From IMG/VR virus record IMGVR_UViG_3300021378_000020, positions 3,460 through 67,459 of that record: a DNA stretch of 64,000 bases; one strand, 5' to 3'. The notes under the pieces are model-generated. The model was not told where the DNA came from and did not search any database. It saw only the letters and a list, made by a program, of their open reading frames with translations. This DNA comes from a virus. Positions 17,660-28,700 of this stretch are shown piece after piece (the stretch's first letter is position 1; each line of letters opens with the position of its first letter). The translations under genes were made by a program, and so were the position numbers.

Positions 17660-19267
17660 TTACCAATTGTCGGGTTCATAGTTGGCCCAAGCCATGCTAT
17701 ATGGGTCGCTTAGGTCTGATTGTGGGACGTAGTCTGTCCCATCATCAATTATACCGAATGGTGGTAAGTCATCTTCAATCTCTTTCATTCGTTGTTCGAA
17801 TAGCATTGTTCTGAAATCAATGTCCGCAATATTACCGAAAGACTGTGAACTCACGAAGTACCCGAACATCACGAGATTCATCATTAAGTCATCGTGGTTA
17901 CCATCACTCGCTTCGAATGACAGTCCCTTAGAGACGAAGGTTGATACTTCCATGATGGTATTTTCATCATGAATATCTAGTTTATGATTCTCGATGATAT
18001 CCTTAATTGCTGAACATCCAATTCGTTTGACTTTCTTGTCCATGCGAATACCAATTGAATCAGCCTTGATTGCTGACTCTAGGTGGATGTTCTCATACTC
18101 TAAGTCCTGATACAGACCAACACACACGACCATACCTTGGTCATTGTTCTCTACAATAACATACGCTTCGTTGTACGAGGTAGCCCATTTATAGATGACA
18201 TTAGGATAAAGAATTGGAGATATCCTGTTGTTTCTGTATACGCACACCTGTTTAAATGGTTGTACCGAAACATCAAATATAGTAAATGTAGAATAATCTT
18301 GGCCACGCCCTTGACAAACATCAACGGTCATGATATACTGGTGATCCGTAATGGGGTCTTCATATACTAATACATCACCACCTTCCAGTCGGCGAAGTGG
18401 TTCACGCGCACGTAAATCTAGAAGTACTTGTCCCTCAATAAGAGTATTACCCATACCAAAGAACGTATTACCGAATTCTTGGTCGAATTGTAACTGAGAC
18501 GTATTCGCAATAGTCTGTGCCTTCCACTTCTCATCTCGGCCCGGCACATCCCACCAGTCCACGCGGAATGGTTTATATGCGTTTACACCCTGTACAGCAC
18601 CTTCCCATATCTTCTGGAAAGTATTACCAATACCGTTTGCGGTACTTGTTATGATAACTTTTGTGTCCTTACCGGACGAAATTACTGGATAGGTAGATGT
18701 GTAGAACTCTGCCGCATTCTCTACGAAAGCGAACTCGTCTAGGAATAGAAGGTTGACCGACATACCACGAATAGAGGAACCAGAGGTTGCTGCTGCGATG
18801 ATACGCGAGTTATTAGAGAACTCTATTGACCCTTTGTTGAGTGCCTTACACCCAGGCTGTAGGAAGAACGGGAGGTTCTCCAACATGAGTGTAACACGAG
18901 ATAACATCTCACGTGCCGTCGCACCTTTGTTGGCAAGAATGGCAATAGTTTTTTCTGGATGGAATGCAGCATACCATAAAATATACCCTACCGAACTAAT
19001 TGATTTACCAGACTGGCGACAGGCGAGAACAACAGAAAATCTATTATCATTGAAGTGTTTAAACATTTCCTCTTGATAATCATACAACTTGAATGGTACC
19101 AACCCTTTATCTAGGTGCACGACCTTGACATACTTACGACAAAAGTATGCTGGGTCTTTCATACACTTGCCATATTCTCGCAGAGTTTTCTTGTCCCACT
19201 CTTCTGCGACACCATCTCTTTTAACTTGAGGGTTTCCTAGATATGAGTTCTTGGTGAATGATGTCAC
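17660..19267 (-). CDS. gp17: terminase large subunit (T4 gp17)
   Basis: YLGNP, RQSGKS, LFLDEFAF, TSTANG, HDDLMM; no intein. Confidence 0.98.
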   Translation of the reverse strand: MTSFTKNSYLGNPQVKRDGVAEEWDKKTLREYGKCMKDPAYFCRKYVKVVHLDKGLVPFKLYDYQEEMFKHFNDNRFSVVLACRQSGKSISSVGYILWYAAFHPEKTIAILANKGATAREMLSRVTLMLENLPFFLQPGCKALNKGSIEFSNNSRIIAAATSGSSIRGMSVNLLFLDEFAFVENAAEFYTSTYPVISSGKDTKVIITSTANGIGNTFQKIWEGAVQGVNAYKPFRVDWWDVPGRDEKWKAQTIANTSQLQFDQEFGNTFFGMGNTLIEGQVLLDLRAREPLRRLEGGDVLVYEDPITDHQYIMTVDVCQGRGQDYSTFTIFDVSVQPFKQVCVYRNNRISPILYPNVIYKWATSYNEAYVIVENNDQGMVVCVGLYQDLEYENIHLESAIKADSIGIRMDKKVKRIGCSAIKDIIENHKLDIHDENTIMEVSTFVSKGLSFEASDGNHDDLMMNLVMFGYFVSSQSFGNIADIDFRTMLFEQRMKEIEDDLPPFGIIDDGTDYVPQSDLSDPYSMAWANYEPDNW

Positions 19268-19839
19268 TTTATAAAGACCTGTATAGACTTTCGGAGAGGC
19301 GCATTATGTCTTGTTGAAGTAACAGCATGAAGTATCTCACCTTTTTGAAACACGGCCGTACCCAAGTCTGGACTAACACCAGTTTTCAATTTGTCACCAT
19401 TCATTTTGAAAATAAAGTAACCACCATAATTATCATTCCAGTCATCATTCAGGTAAATCGATGCAGATGCTGAATAGGCCTTATCGGTGTGCCAATTTAG
19501 TCCAGACTGACTATCCCCCTCATAATACATTACAAGGTAGTCCTCATAATTCTTACTACTACCGATAACAGACATGCATTTGTCAGCTAACAGATGAACG
19601 ATATCAGGGTCAGATATTGAATATGTGTCACTATACGCACCTACACCATCCACTAATTCTTTAGGCCATGTGTCGTTTCTGAGAGGATTTAAAGAATTTT
19701 CGACCATTATCTTCATAGTCGAGAGTAATTTCTTATACTCTGGAACAGTGAAGGTGTCGTCTGTTATCTTTATTAATTGGGTTTTGTTTTTCTTACGTAA
19801 TATCGTCTTCATCGTCGTCTTGGTCAATAGTTTTTTCAT
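19264..19839 (-). CDS. Fe(II)/2OG-dependent dioxygenase, prolyl-hydroxylase-like (start may be 19812)
   Basis: WHTD...SASIYLNDDW..NYGG...LHAV...RKSIQ: HxD, H and RxS motifs. Confidence 0.85.
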   Translation of the reverse strand: MKKLLTKTTMKTILRKKNKTQLIKITDDTFTVPEYKKLLSTMKIMVENSLNPLRNDTWPKELVDGVGAYSDTYSISDPDIVHLLADKCMSVIGSSKNYEDYLVMYYEGDSQSGLNWHTDKAYSASASIYLNDDWNDNYGGYFIFKMNGDKLKTGVSPDLGTAVFQKGEILHAVTSTRHNAPLRKSIQVFIK

Positions 19840-20188
19840 CGCCTAACAGCATACGCTGAAGGTCTGTAGTGGAACCAACGAATAGATTATTATTAGTAGT
19901 GGTAGGTTCGGCAGGTTTGTCTTCTTTGGTGAGTTCTTTCTGTTTCTTATTCAAGTCCATCAACTTGTCATTGACATCTGCAATACCTTTTATCATACCA
20001 GAGAGAACTTCGAAGGCACGTGGGTGTTCTGACTCACGTGCGACTTCTATCATGAGTTCTAGAGACTCACGACCTTTTTCAATTAGGTCATAATAAGTAT
20101 CACGAGAGTACTCATAGTCCTGTTCGTGTACAAAGTTCTTCTTCTGCTCTTCATCAAAAAGAACAGGTGGTTTACTATTGTCTCTCAT
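19793..20188 (-). CDS. gp16: terminase small subunit (T4 gp16)
   Basis: DYEYSRDTYY, SEHPRAFEV, NNNLFVGSTTDLQ. Confidence 0.95.
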   Translation of the reverse strand: MRDNSKPPVLFDEEQKKNFVHEQDYEYSRDTYYDLIEKGRESLELMIEVARESEHPRAFEVLSGMIKGIADVNDKLMDLNKKQKELTKEDKPAEPTTTNNNLFVGSTTDLQRMLLGDEKTIDQDDDEDDIT

Positions 20189-20201
20189 AACATATTACCA
20201 A

Positions 20202-20972
20202 TCATTCAGGAAAGATTATTTCCGTATTAAAACCATAATCTCCGTCCGGACTCACGTCTATAGGGTCTGGAGTTGTATTAATAGTCTCTAGTAGAGTATC
20301 ATCACCGTTATTTATAAGGTTAAGATTGGTGTTCACTTCACGAATAATTGGTGAAGTGAGTTCTGGGCCATAGAAGTTAACTTTCATGTCGAAGTTCAGA
20401 GTGTATATAATAGTACGTCTCTGTTCTACCGGGCCCTCGAAATCGTCTTGAAAGTCCAACCCAGTCAACACTATGGGAACATCTTCCTTGATATCCGGTT
20501 GGTCAGCAAAAGGTTTTACTGTCAACGTGTATTGGGGTGCAAAGTATGGGATAATTTGTTCCACGACCTGTAGAGCGTCGTCTTGTGACTTTGCATAAAC
20601 TGATAGAGAGAAAGACACATTATAAGGAACGCCCACATACATCTTTCTTTGTGAACCATTGTCCGACGACACGATGCCGCCAAAACCATTTACTTTAGGT
20701 AACTGTCGTGTCGCGTCATATGTAATAGAAGTAATTTCGAAAGACATTCGTGGAAGCTTGATTGCGACTCTGCGTTCTGCTTCCTCTCCATTAGTCATCT
20801 CTTCTAGACGCTCAATGAACGACCTCTTTGGTGCGTATGATAGGGGGACTTTAACTTGAGATAGAACCTTTCCACCGGAATCTGTTCTCAAAACATGTAG
20901 GTCATTAAACATTGAACCGAATACGGCAACGCAAGTACGGACGCGTTTATGATAAAAGTGACTTCCCATCAT
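20202..20972 (-). CDS. gp15: tail sheath stabiliser / terminator (T4 gp15)
   Basis: HFYHKRVR...FGSMFN...KVPLSYAPK...LPRMSFE...EQIIPYFAP. Confidence 0.95.
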   Translation of the reverse strand: MMGSHFYHKRVRTCVAVFGSMFNDLHVLRTDSGGKVLSQVKVPLSYAPKRSFIERLEEMTNGEEAERRVAIKLPRMSFEITSITYDATRQLPKVNGFGGIVSSDNGSQRKMYVGVPYNVSFSLSVYAKSQDDALQVVEQIIPYFAPQYTLTVKPFADQPDIKEDVPIVLTGLDFQDDFEGPVEQRRTIIYTLNFDMKVNFYGPELTSPIIREVNTNLNLINNGDDTLLETINTTPDPIDVSPDGDYGFNTEIIFPE

Positions 20973-21847
20973 TATGATATATCTCCAAATGGATTGGACT
21001 CAGAGAAGTCCACAAAATCATTAGCGAAATCATCAAACACTTTATTCTGTGAAAGTGGTTGGATTTCATTTATACCATCATCTATAGCTGTAGGGGTAAG
21101 AGAAGCGTTATCTCCTATTATCGGACGGTCAGTCGTCCATAAACGGTACTCACCATCTGTTGAACCAGTGTGCGCAATCTTGAGAAGACGCGTTTCATGG
21201 TTCCAGTATGTTACCTCACCTTCAATCTGATAGTCGGTAAAGTCTTGGGATACATTTTCGCCTACCTGATAATATTCGGATTCCCCAGTACCATCCATAA
21301 TAAGTTCGTACTGGAAGGCATGTTCTTCTTCTACTTGGTCGATAACATCAATACCAGTGTCAAAATCTTCATCAGAAAACTCGAACAATTCGCACTGCAT
21401 ACGGAACTGTGGTAGTTGCGATAATTGATAGAATGGTGATTCGGTCTCTACCTTCCTCACTTCGAACAGTGACTCTGACAGGGGAAGGTAAATCACATCA
21501 CCTTCGCGTGGACGGAATTGATTGTCTGCAAGACGGTCACCAACAAGCTCACGCCATCTGCGACGAGCAATCACGAAGGTTGCTTGGTCTCGCAGTTCAA
21601 TACCGAACTTAGTGAATAGGTCTCCTTCACCATCAAAGGCATCAGTGTTTTCAATATACACCTCAACTTTGTATGCGTCAGAGAATTGGGACTGGATGCT
21701 GTCTAGGAAAATTTCTTCTCTCTCGACAATCTCTCTAGGAAGATAATATACGTCCTGTCCGTAAAACTGGATGGCCTCAATCAGAATATCTTCGTAGAGA
21801 TTCTGTTCAGGTCTGTGTTTTTGACTTATATATGGATTAGTTGCCAT
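20972..21847 (-). CDS. gp14: neck protein (T4 gp14)
   Basis: EAIQFYGQDVYYLPR, KFGIELRD, RPREGDVIY, DFSESNPFG. Confidence 0.95.
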   Translation of the reverse strand: MATNPYISQKHRPEQNLYEDILIEAIQFYGQDVYYLPREIVEREEIFLDSIQSQFSDAYKVEVYIENTDAFDGEGDLFTKFGIELRDQATFVIARRRWRELVGDRLADNQFRPREGDVIYLPLSESLFEVRKVETESPFYQLSQLPQFRMQCELFEFSDEDFDTGIDVIDQVEEEHAFQYELIMDGTGESEYYQVGENVSQDFTDYQIEGEVTYWNHETRLLKIAHTGSTDGEYRLWTTDRPIIGDNASLTPTAIDDGINEIQPLSQNKVFDDFANDFVDFSESNPFGDIS

Positions 21848-21850
21848 GGG

Positions 21851-22621
21851 TTACCCTACAAAAAAGATCGGGCCTTCGTCTTCCTCGTTACGGAATTTCT
21901 CCATGATTCGCTCAACATCAGCAAGTGCATCTTCATAGATGAGACGGGCATTAACAGTGACACCGCCAGGCAATGTCATACCGTCAAACTTAATTAAATT
22001 AGTTCCCCATTGACGTTTAATCAATGCAGTCGTATATTCTTTTAGGAACCGATGATTCCATAGTGAGTTATATTCGTTGACTGTTTCGTCTGGATTGCGA
22101 ATACCATAGACCTCAAATATAACATAATCGTCTACTTTGAGGTTCGTTTTGGAAACGTGTAGATTAACACGGTTATATTGTCTATCGAATGTAATTTGTG
22201 GGTAACCACCCAGTTTCATATCTAGCAAGGATAATTGTTGTTGCATTTGTTCATAATGCGCAAGGTCACCTAATAAACCACCACCATTAGCAAAGTCGCT
22301 AATTGTATGTGACATAAACTGCCATGCGTCACTGAACCACCCAGAATGTGCATTGCTGAAACTCATAGGAATCATGCGAACTACCGCAGTGAGGTCTAAA
22401 TCATCACCGAAGTCTACCTGTTGATTATCAATATCCGTTTGTGTCAGTTGATGCTTCAGATAGTATCGTTTGGAGCCATCCGGATGATTTTCACGAAACC
22501 ACTGCAACGCCTCGTCGATACGGTCGTCTAGTTGTTCCTCGTCTATATTGACTTCAACTACCGGATGCCCCAAGGCACGTAGGCAGTAATCTATCAATTC
22601 TTCTCTACTTGTTGAATACAT
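21851..22621 (-). CDS. gp13: neck protein (T4 gp13)
   Basis: REELIDYCLRALGHPVVEVN, KRQWGTNLIKF..LPGGVT. Confidence 0.95.
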   Translation of the reverse strand: MYSTSREELIDYCLRALGHPVVEVNIDEEQLDDRIDEALQWFRENHPDGSKRYYLKHQLTQTDIDNQQVDFGDDLDLTAVVRMIPMSFSNAHSGWFSDAWQFMSHTISDFANGGGLLGDLAHYEQMQQQLSLLDMKLGGYPQITFDRQYNRVNLHVSKTNLKVDDYVIFEVYGIRNPDETVNEYNSLWNHRFLKEYTTALIKRQWGTNLIKFDGMTLPGGVTVNARLIYEDALADVERIMEKFRNEEDEGPIFFVG

Positions 22622-22648
22622 GACTATAGTCCAATATTGGTTACGTAC

Positions 22649-22668
22649 TATTTATACGTTTATTTATA
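22649..22668 (-). promoter_or_regulatory. tandem T4-type late promoters upstream of gp13
   Basis: TATAAATA at 22649-22656 and 22661-22668. Confidence 0.8.
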
Positions 22669-22682
22669 TAAAAATTAAATAT

Positions 22683-22711
22683 AAAAAAAGGGGGAACCGA
22701 AGTCCCCCCTT
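22683..22711 (-). terminator. intrinsic terminator after the 2300-aa fibre gene
   Basis: GGGGGGAC-UUCG-GUUCCCCC followed by a U-run. Confidence 0.85.
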
Positions 22712-22732
22712 ATATCTTGGTAAAAACCTAGA

Positions 22733-25700
22733 TTAGTTAACGATAGTACCGTTCACATCGTAGATGTCAATACGGTAGTGTGAACCATCCTGACCTTCTA
22801 GTTTAGTAGTATCATCCGACACAACAGCTTCAGCAACACGTAGTGATTGTTCTGCTTCCACTTCATCAACTGCAATCTCGCCAGTCGCTTGTAGTTTAGT
22901 ATCATTGATACACAAACCACCAGACAACGTAGCCTTGACAAGTTCATCAGAGTAGTACTTATTGGTAATACCTTCTGGGATATTATCAGTAGTGCGACCT
23001 TCCAAATCTGTCAATCGAGTACCGTGACCACCAATTACACCACTTAGGGTGCTGTCAGCGTTCTGGAACTCAGTAACGATTTCTGCAAGAGAGTTTAGTG
23101 CAGCAGAGTCAGTGTTAGACAAGATGTTAGAAATCTGAGTCTGTAGACCAGATTCCGCAGATGTTGCACGAGTTTCTTCGGCAGCGATTGCACTTGTAAC
23201 ATCAGAACTAATACCAGTTAGACCAGAACCATCACCGATGAACGATGGTGCAGTAACAGGAGCACCAAACGACCAATCAGAATCTGAAGAGTAAGACAAA
23301 GTACCAGCTTCAGAGGTCTTGATTTCGATACCATTGTCACCAGTAGGAGTAGCACTAGTACCTAACGCAATTGACTTTGCGCCAGCAGCATTAGCAGCGT
23401 CACCGATTGCAATACCACCATCGGTATTTGCAACAGTGTTTCTACCAACTCTAAGTGACTTAGAACCTCGACCAATCTCCAAGTCTAATGGAGTTTGAAC
23501 TTCCTGTTCGATAGCAGCATCAATTGCAGCACCAAGCTCGGACTTATCAGAATCAAGTCTCGCACCTAACGTACCAATTGCAGTGTCGAGTTCAGACTTA
23601 TCAGAATCAAGTCTTAGACCAAGTGCAGCATCACCAGCGCCACGTGCATTCTCTTCAGAGCTTAAGTCCGCTTCAAGTGCAGTGAGGTTGTTCTCAGCAA
23701 TAGTCAATCGACTTTCGTTACCAGTAACACCAGAGTCAACATAGTCTTTACTAGCAAATACTGAAGCATCGACACCATAAGAACTAGTACTTGATGTTGG
23801 AGCTGCAGCAATAAGTGGACTAATAGAACCACCGTCAGCCGTCTCTTCATTCATATCAATAATAGTTGAACCACCAACGGTATATACATTATACAGGTTT
23901 TCAGCTTCGCTGCCACCAGAGTATCTCGGGCCGTCGAACACAGTAACTTCATTTAATAGTTCACCTGTTAGTATGCTATAAATTGCAATACCCTTCTTCA
24001 ACTGCTGGGTACCAGAATTATAGTCTCCCAAAGGAACGAATAAAACATCCCCAGACAGTGCAAGAGCCGCTTTGCCAAGACCTTGGGTGTTGTTCAAAAC
24101 TTGCCAAGGATTGTTGCTGTCCTCTACGAACGAACGTATGTAACTACCATCAACAGGATTATGGACATGTGCACGGTTTGTACCATCTGTTTCTTGAGTC
24201 CTGAATACTACATACTTGTCATTGACAGTGATACCATTAGCAAACATGATGGTGTTGTTAGTTGGGCCATGCCACAATTCATTGTATACAATTCCAGCAA
24301 GACCGTAAGATCCGGAGGTACTCAATATAGTGATGCCGGCGTTAGTATTACCAGTCACCCCACCAGTTACAAAGTAACCGCCACCGAAGTCTGTTTCATC
24401 AGGGACTCCTGGCGTGTCAAAGGAGTATAACTCAGACCAATCGGAGATGTTGTGTACTTTAACAGTATCAATGGCTTGATAAGTTCCCCCATAAACCGCG
24501 ATTGCTCTAGTATCGTCTATAGTGAAGAGTCTACGTAGATTATCTTCATTAATAGTTTTAACAAGACCGTGGTCTGCTTGGGCAATATTTCTTATATCAT
24601 ATATCTTACTGTATGCTCCAGTTCCAGTGTCATCACCTGTCGCCGCGCATCTACTTAGGGAAATGTAGTTGCCATTTACAGAAAGATAACTCAACCAAGA
24701 ATAATTAAGTTCTGGGTAGTCCTCGGTAGCTTGGAAAGACTTGACCAGAGTACCATCTAGTAGATGTACATTGATTGTTAGTTCTCGATAAGTGTCGCTT
24801 GTGTCGCCTGGTATATTGGACATCAGCAAAGTCACGAAGTGAGTGTCTGTCGCATCTACCACTTTCACGTCGTCGGTTTTGGTGTATATTTCGTCAGGAT
24901 CAGATATCGCAGCGAAGTCTGCTGATGTTAATAAAGACCAATCAGCTACAGTCGTGGATACTTGCGTAATACCAGTACCAAAGTCTTCTGCTTGGATTGC
25001 AGACTCTGCTAGTTGTTTGATTGGTTCCATTCGGATATCAACTTCAGCTAGACCAACTTTACTGTCTAGTGCAGCAGTAGTTGCAGCATCGTCTGCCTTA
25101 TCAGCAAGAGCAGCAGTAGTTGCAGCATCGTCTGCCTTAGTGGCAAGACTTGCGGTTACTGTAGCAGCAAAGTTTGCGTCATCACCTAGAGCAGCTGCTA
25201 GTTCGTTAAGAGTATCTAACGAAGCAGGGGCAGCATCAATAGTATCAGCGATTGCTTGTGTTGCGGCAGTTCCGGCAGCAGCGATTGCAGCAGCTTGTGC
25301 AGCGTCTGCTTTGGCAGTTGCATCAGCAGATGCGGTAGAGATTGCAGATGTTACCGCAGTTTCTCTAGCACCAGTCTCAACAGCAATTGCAGCATCCATC
25401 TGTGCAGTAGTTGAGTATGGAGTCAAGTCAGTTGCAGGAATTGCAGCGATAGCTGAATCCATTTCAGCAGTAGTTGAGTAACCAGACAAATCTACACCAG
25501 CAACACCAGAGTCAACATAGTCTTTAGTAGCAAATACTGAAGCATCAACGATATAACTTGATGTGCTAGAAGACACAACATCATACATGCCGATATCTGT
25601 GGATGACTGTTCCGTTCTATAGATGAACTTAGAAGAACCGGATAAGTAGGCAAATGGTTTCGCACCACCATCAGTACCTTCTCTACTAAAGATATTTCCC

Positions 25701-28700
25701 GCAGACAGAGTTTGTCCAGTCACAACTTCACTTAGAGTATCTCCAAGAGTGTAAATCTGTATACTATCACTGGAACCAACTCCCGCAGCAATAACATTCC
25801 CGTCAATAAACAAGAGTCCACCATAACCAGCATTTGTGGTATCTATATTATAGATAGGTTCAAATACACTATTGTGGAGGTCTTCATTCTTATATACTAT
25901 AACACCGAAGTCTCCACTGCTACCTTGGTTCATTGGAGCATATGCTATAAAGTAAGTTCCGTTCGTATCTGTTTGTTGACCGAATTGGCTGTTTGCACCG
26001 TCACCCAAACCACTAATACCACCAAACGCAAAAGAGTTTTGTAGTGTTAGAGTTGAACCTGATAAGGTGTAGTGATGTAAACCGCCATGAGTGCTTCCAT
26101 AACTGACATAAACATTATTACCATGAACAGAAATTTCTTTACCGAACCAGTTGTTACTGCCATAACCTTCAGCAATAGGATTCTCGATACGATAAACTTT
26201 GTTTCCTGTGGAAAGATCAAAGTGGTAGACAGCACCTGCTTCATATTGACCATCGACATTACCATCACCAATCGTGATATGTTCTGTACTACCAACATAT
26301 AGATTAGAACCTTCTAAGGCAAGGCCTCGGCCACCGAATCTACCTTTGAACTGATTCCAAGGGTTAGGAACATTGTCCGGTTCCAAGATGTATAAAGGCG
26401 AACCGTCTACAGCAGAGAAGACATGAACTCTACCTTGTTCACCATTGTAATTATAAGAACCAGCAACGATATACTCATCGTTCATGATAATAGCAAGTGA
26501 CCCCATTCTTTCGCCCGATGATGTACCATCTAGGGTGAATGCCAAAGAATTGTCCGACTGGTTAAATACATAAACTCTACCCTTATCACCATCATGAAGC
26601 CAGTCATTCGTGGCCCACTTCGTAGAGTTATTAGCAACAATGGTACCATAAGCCCATGCGTCTGAAGTGACACTAGATGGGGCAGCAATCGTTGCAGGAG
26701 TCTGCAATACACTGTCCGAAGACCAGTCTACCAAAGTCTGTGAAGACAACGAAATGCCAGAACCAAAGTCTTCTGCTTGGATTGCAGACTCTGCTAGTTG
26801 CTTGATTGGTTCCATTCGGATATCAACTTCAGCTAGACCAACTTTATCAGCAAGAGCAGCAGTAGTTGCAGCGTCATCAGCTTTAGTAGCAAGACTTGCG
26901 GTTACTGTAGCAGCAAAGTTTGCATCATCTCCAAGAGCAGCTGCTAGTTCATTCAACGTATCCAATGTAGCAGGAGCAGCATCAACAGTTGCAGCAACAA
27001 CTTGGTCTGCGTATGTCTGAGCTTCTGACTTAGCAGTTGCAATAGATGAATCCATCTGTGCAGTAGTTGAGTACGGAGTCAAGTCAGTTGCAGGAATTGC
27101 TGCAATTGCTGAATCCATCTGTGCAGTAGTTGAGTACGGAGTCAAGTCAGTTGCAGGAATTGCTGCAATTGCTGAATCCATCTGTGCAGTAGTTGCGTAT
27201 GTAGATAAATCTACACCAGCAGCAGCCTGGTCAGCATATTCTTTAGTAGCATATGAAGACAAGTCTGTAAGAGCATCACTTAGGTTGTCAGAAACTTTAA
27301 TTTCTGTCGCACTAATCGCAACACCAGCTTTCAAAGAAGTTTGAGTAGTTCCTAAAGAACCATCTGTCTGCACATAGTAGATTGAAGATGGGATAAGACC
27401 AGTATGACCAGAACTAATACCACCGGAAATTACAACAGACACTTCATAGTTTGATGGTGTTTCCGAAGCTATACCGATATACTTAGTCGAGTCTATCTGT
27501 GCAACACTCTTCGTGAATGAGAATGAAGGCCAGCTAGAAGGATTATAATCATGTCCCTGACCGTTTGGGGTCGAATTATGATTGAATCGATATGATAAAC
27601 CAAAAATAGAACCATTGGATTTTTTAATACCCCAGAATGCACCAGCGTCGGTGGTACTGGTAAAGCCAGGACGAATCACTTCATATGAATCCACAGGCGT
27701 TGTTGATGTATCCGAACTCCAAGTCTCGATGTGTAACTTACCTATACTATATTGCCACTGATTTGATCCATTGTTATAGGTGGCCGCGGGATTTTCCCGC
27801 CTAGAAGTTATTATTAGACCATCATCCGAAACTTCAATACTACGTTGATTTTCTGTCATCGCTAGTACGGTCGGAGGTGTACCAACATTGGAATTGATAA
27901 CAGTGTCACTTACAAGCACACCACTATTATAGGCTGCCAATCTTTCATCACCGCCCGCATAATAGTGTACAAGCATATTCCCTGTAGTACTATCAAATGC
28001 AGTACCAGTTACTATGTCAGCGTCAAACTCTAAATATGTAGCCTGTGGGTCATCGAATAATGGAGATTGTTGTGTAGAGTATTGATCCATATCGAAAACA
28101 ATAACATTATACTTACTAGCATCTTGAGAAGTTTTTACTATGTAGTAGGTATTATCAAAGTGGTTCATACCGCCGAGCATTATTGCTTCAATATCGTTGT
28201 TTGTATATTGCCACGCGACCGGGCTGCGTCCTCTATGGAAAGATTGACTGACAACACCAGTAGTTGAGATCTTGAGTCCTACTATTCCTGTTGCATTTCC
28301 ATATTTTTCTCCAGCATGAAATATAAAGTCACTTCCGCCCCAAGGGTCTGTACCAGAGCCGGGAGTTACTCTATCATCATTCGCCCAATACCCATTAGAC
28401 CAAACTTGAAGGTCAGAAACGCATATACCAGCCGTAGGCTGTACCGTCAACTCCTTAGCGCTACTCGCTGAACCCCAGATGACGGTATCATTTACAACTG
28501 TAAACCCTACTGCGATAAGTGGGTCGTTAGTGGTGTGCCCAAAGATGGCAATACCCTTTCCGCTTGTCTCGTTAAATGCGTAAGTGTAAATAGTATGCTG
28601 AGCGCCCCACTGTGTACTACTATGCGGAGTATAACCTGTGGCCATGGTGTAATAATCTCGCCAAGGGAAGATTGAACTGCTGAGTTCTTGTGGTTCGCCT

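Noticed and set aside
2136-19267. Inteins, group I introns or homing endonucleases in gp46, uvsW, gp20, gp23 or gp17
   Set aside because: All are of normal length with contiguous motifs; no LAGLIDADG, HNH or GIY-YIG ORF seen.
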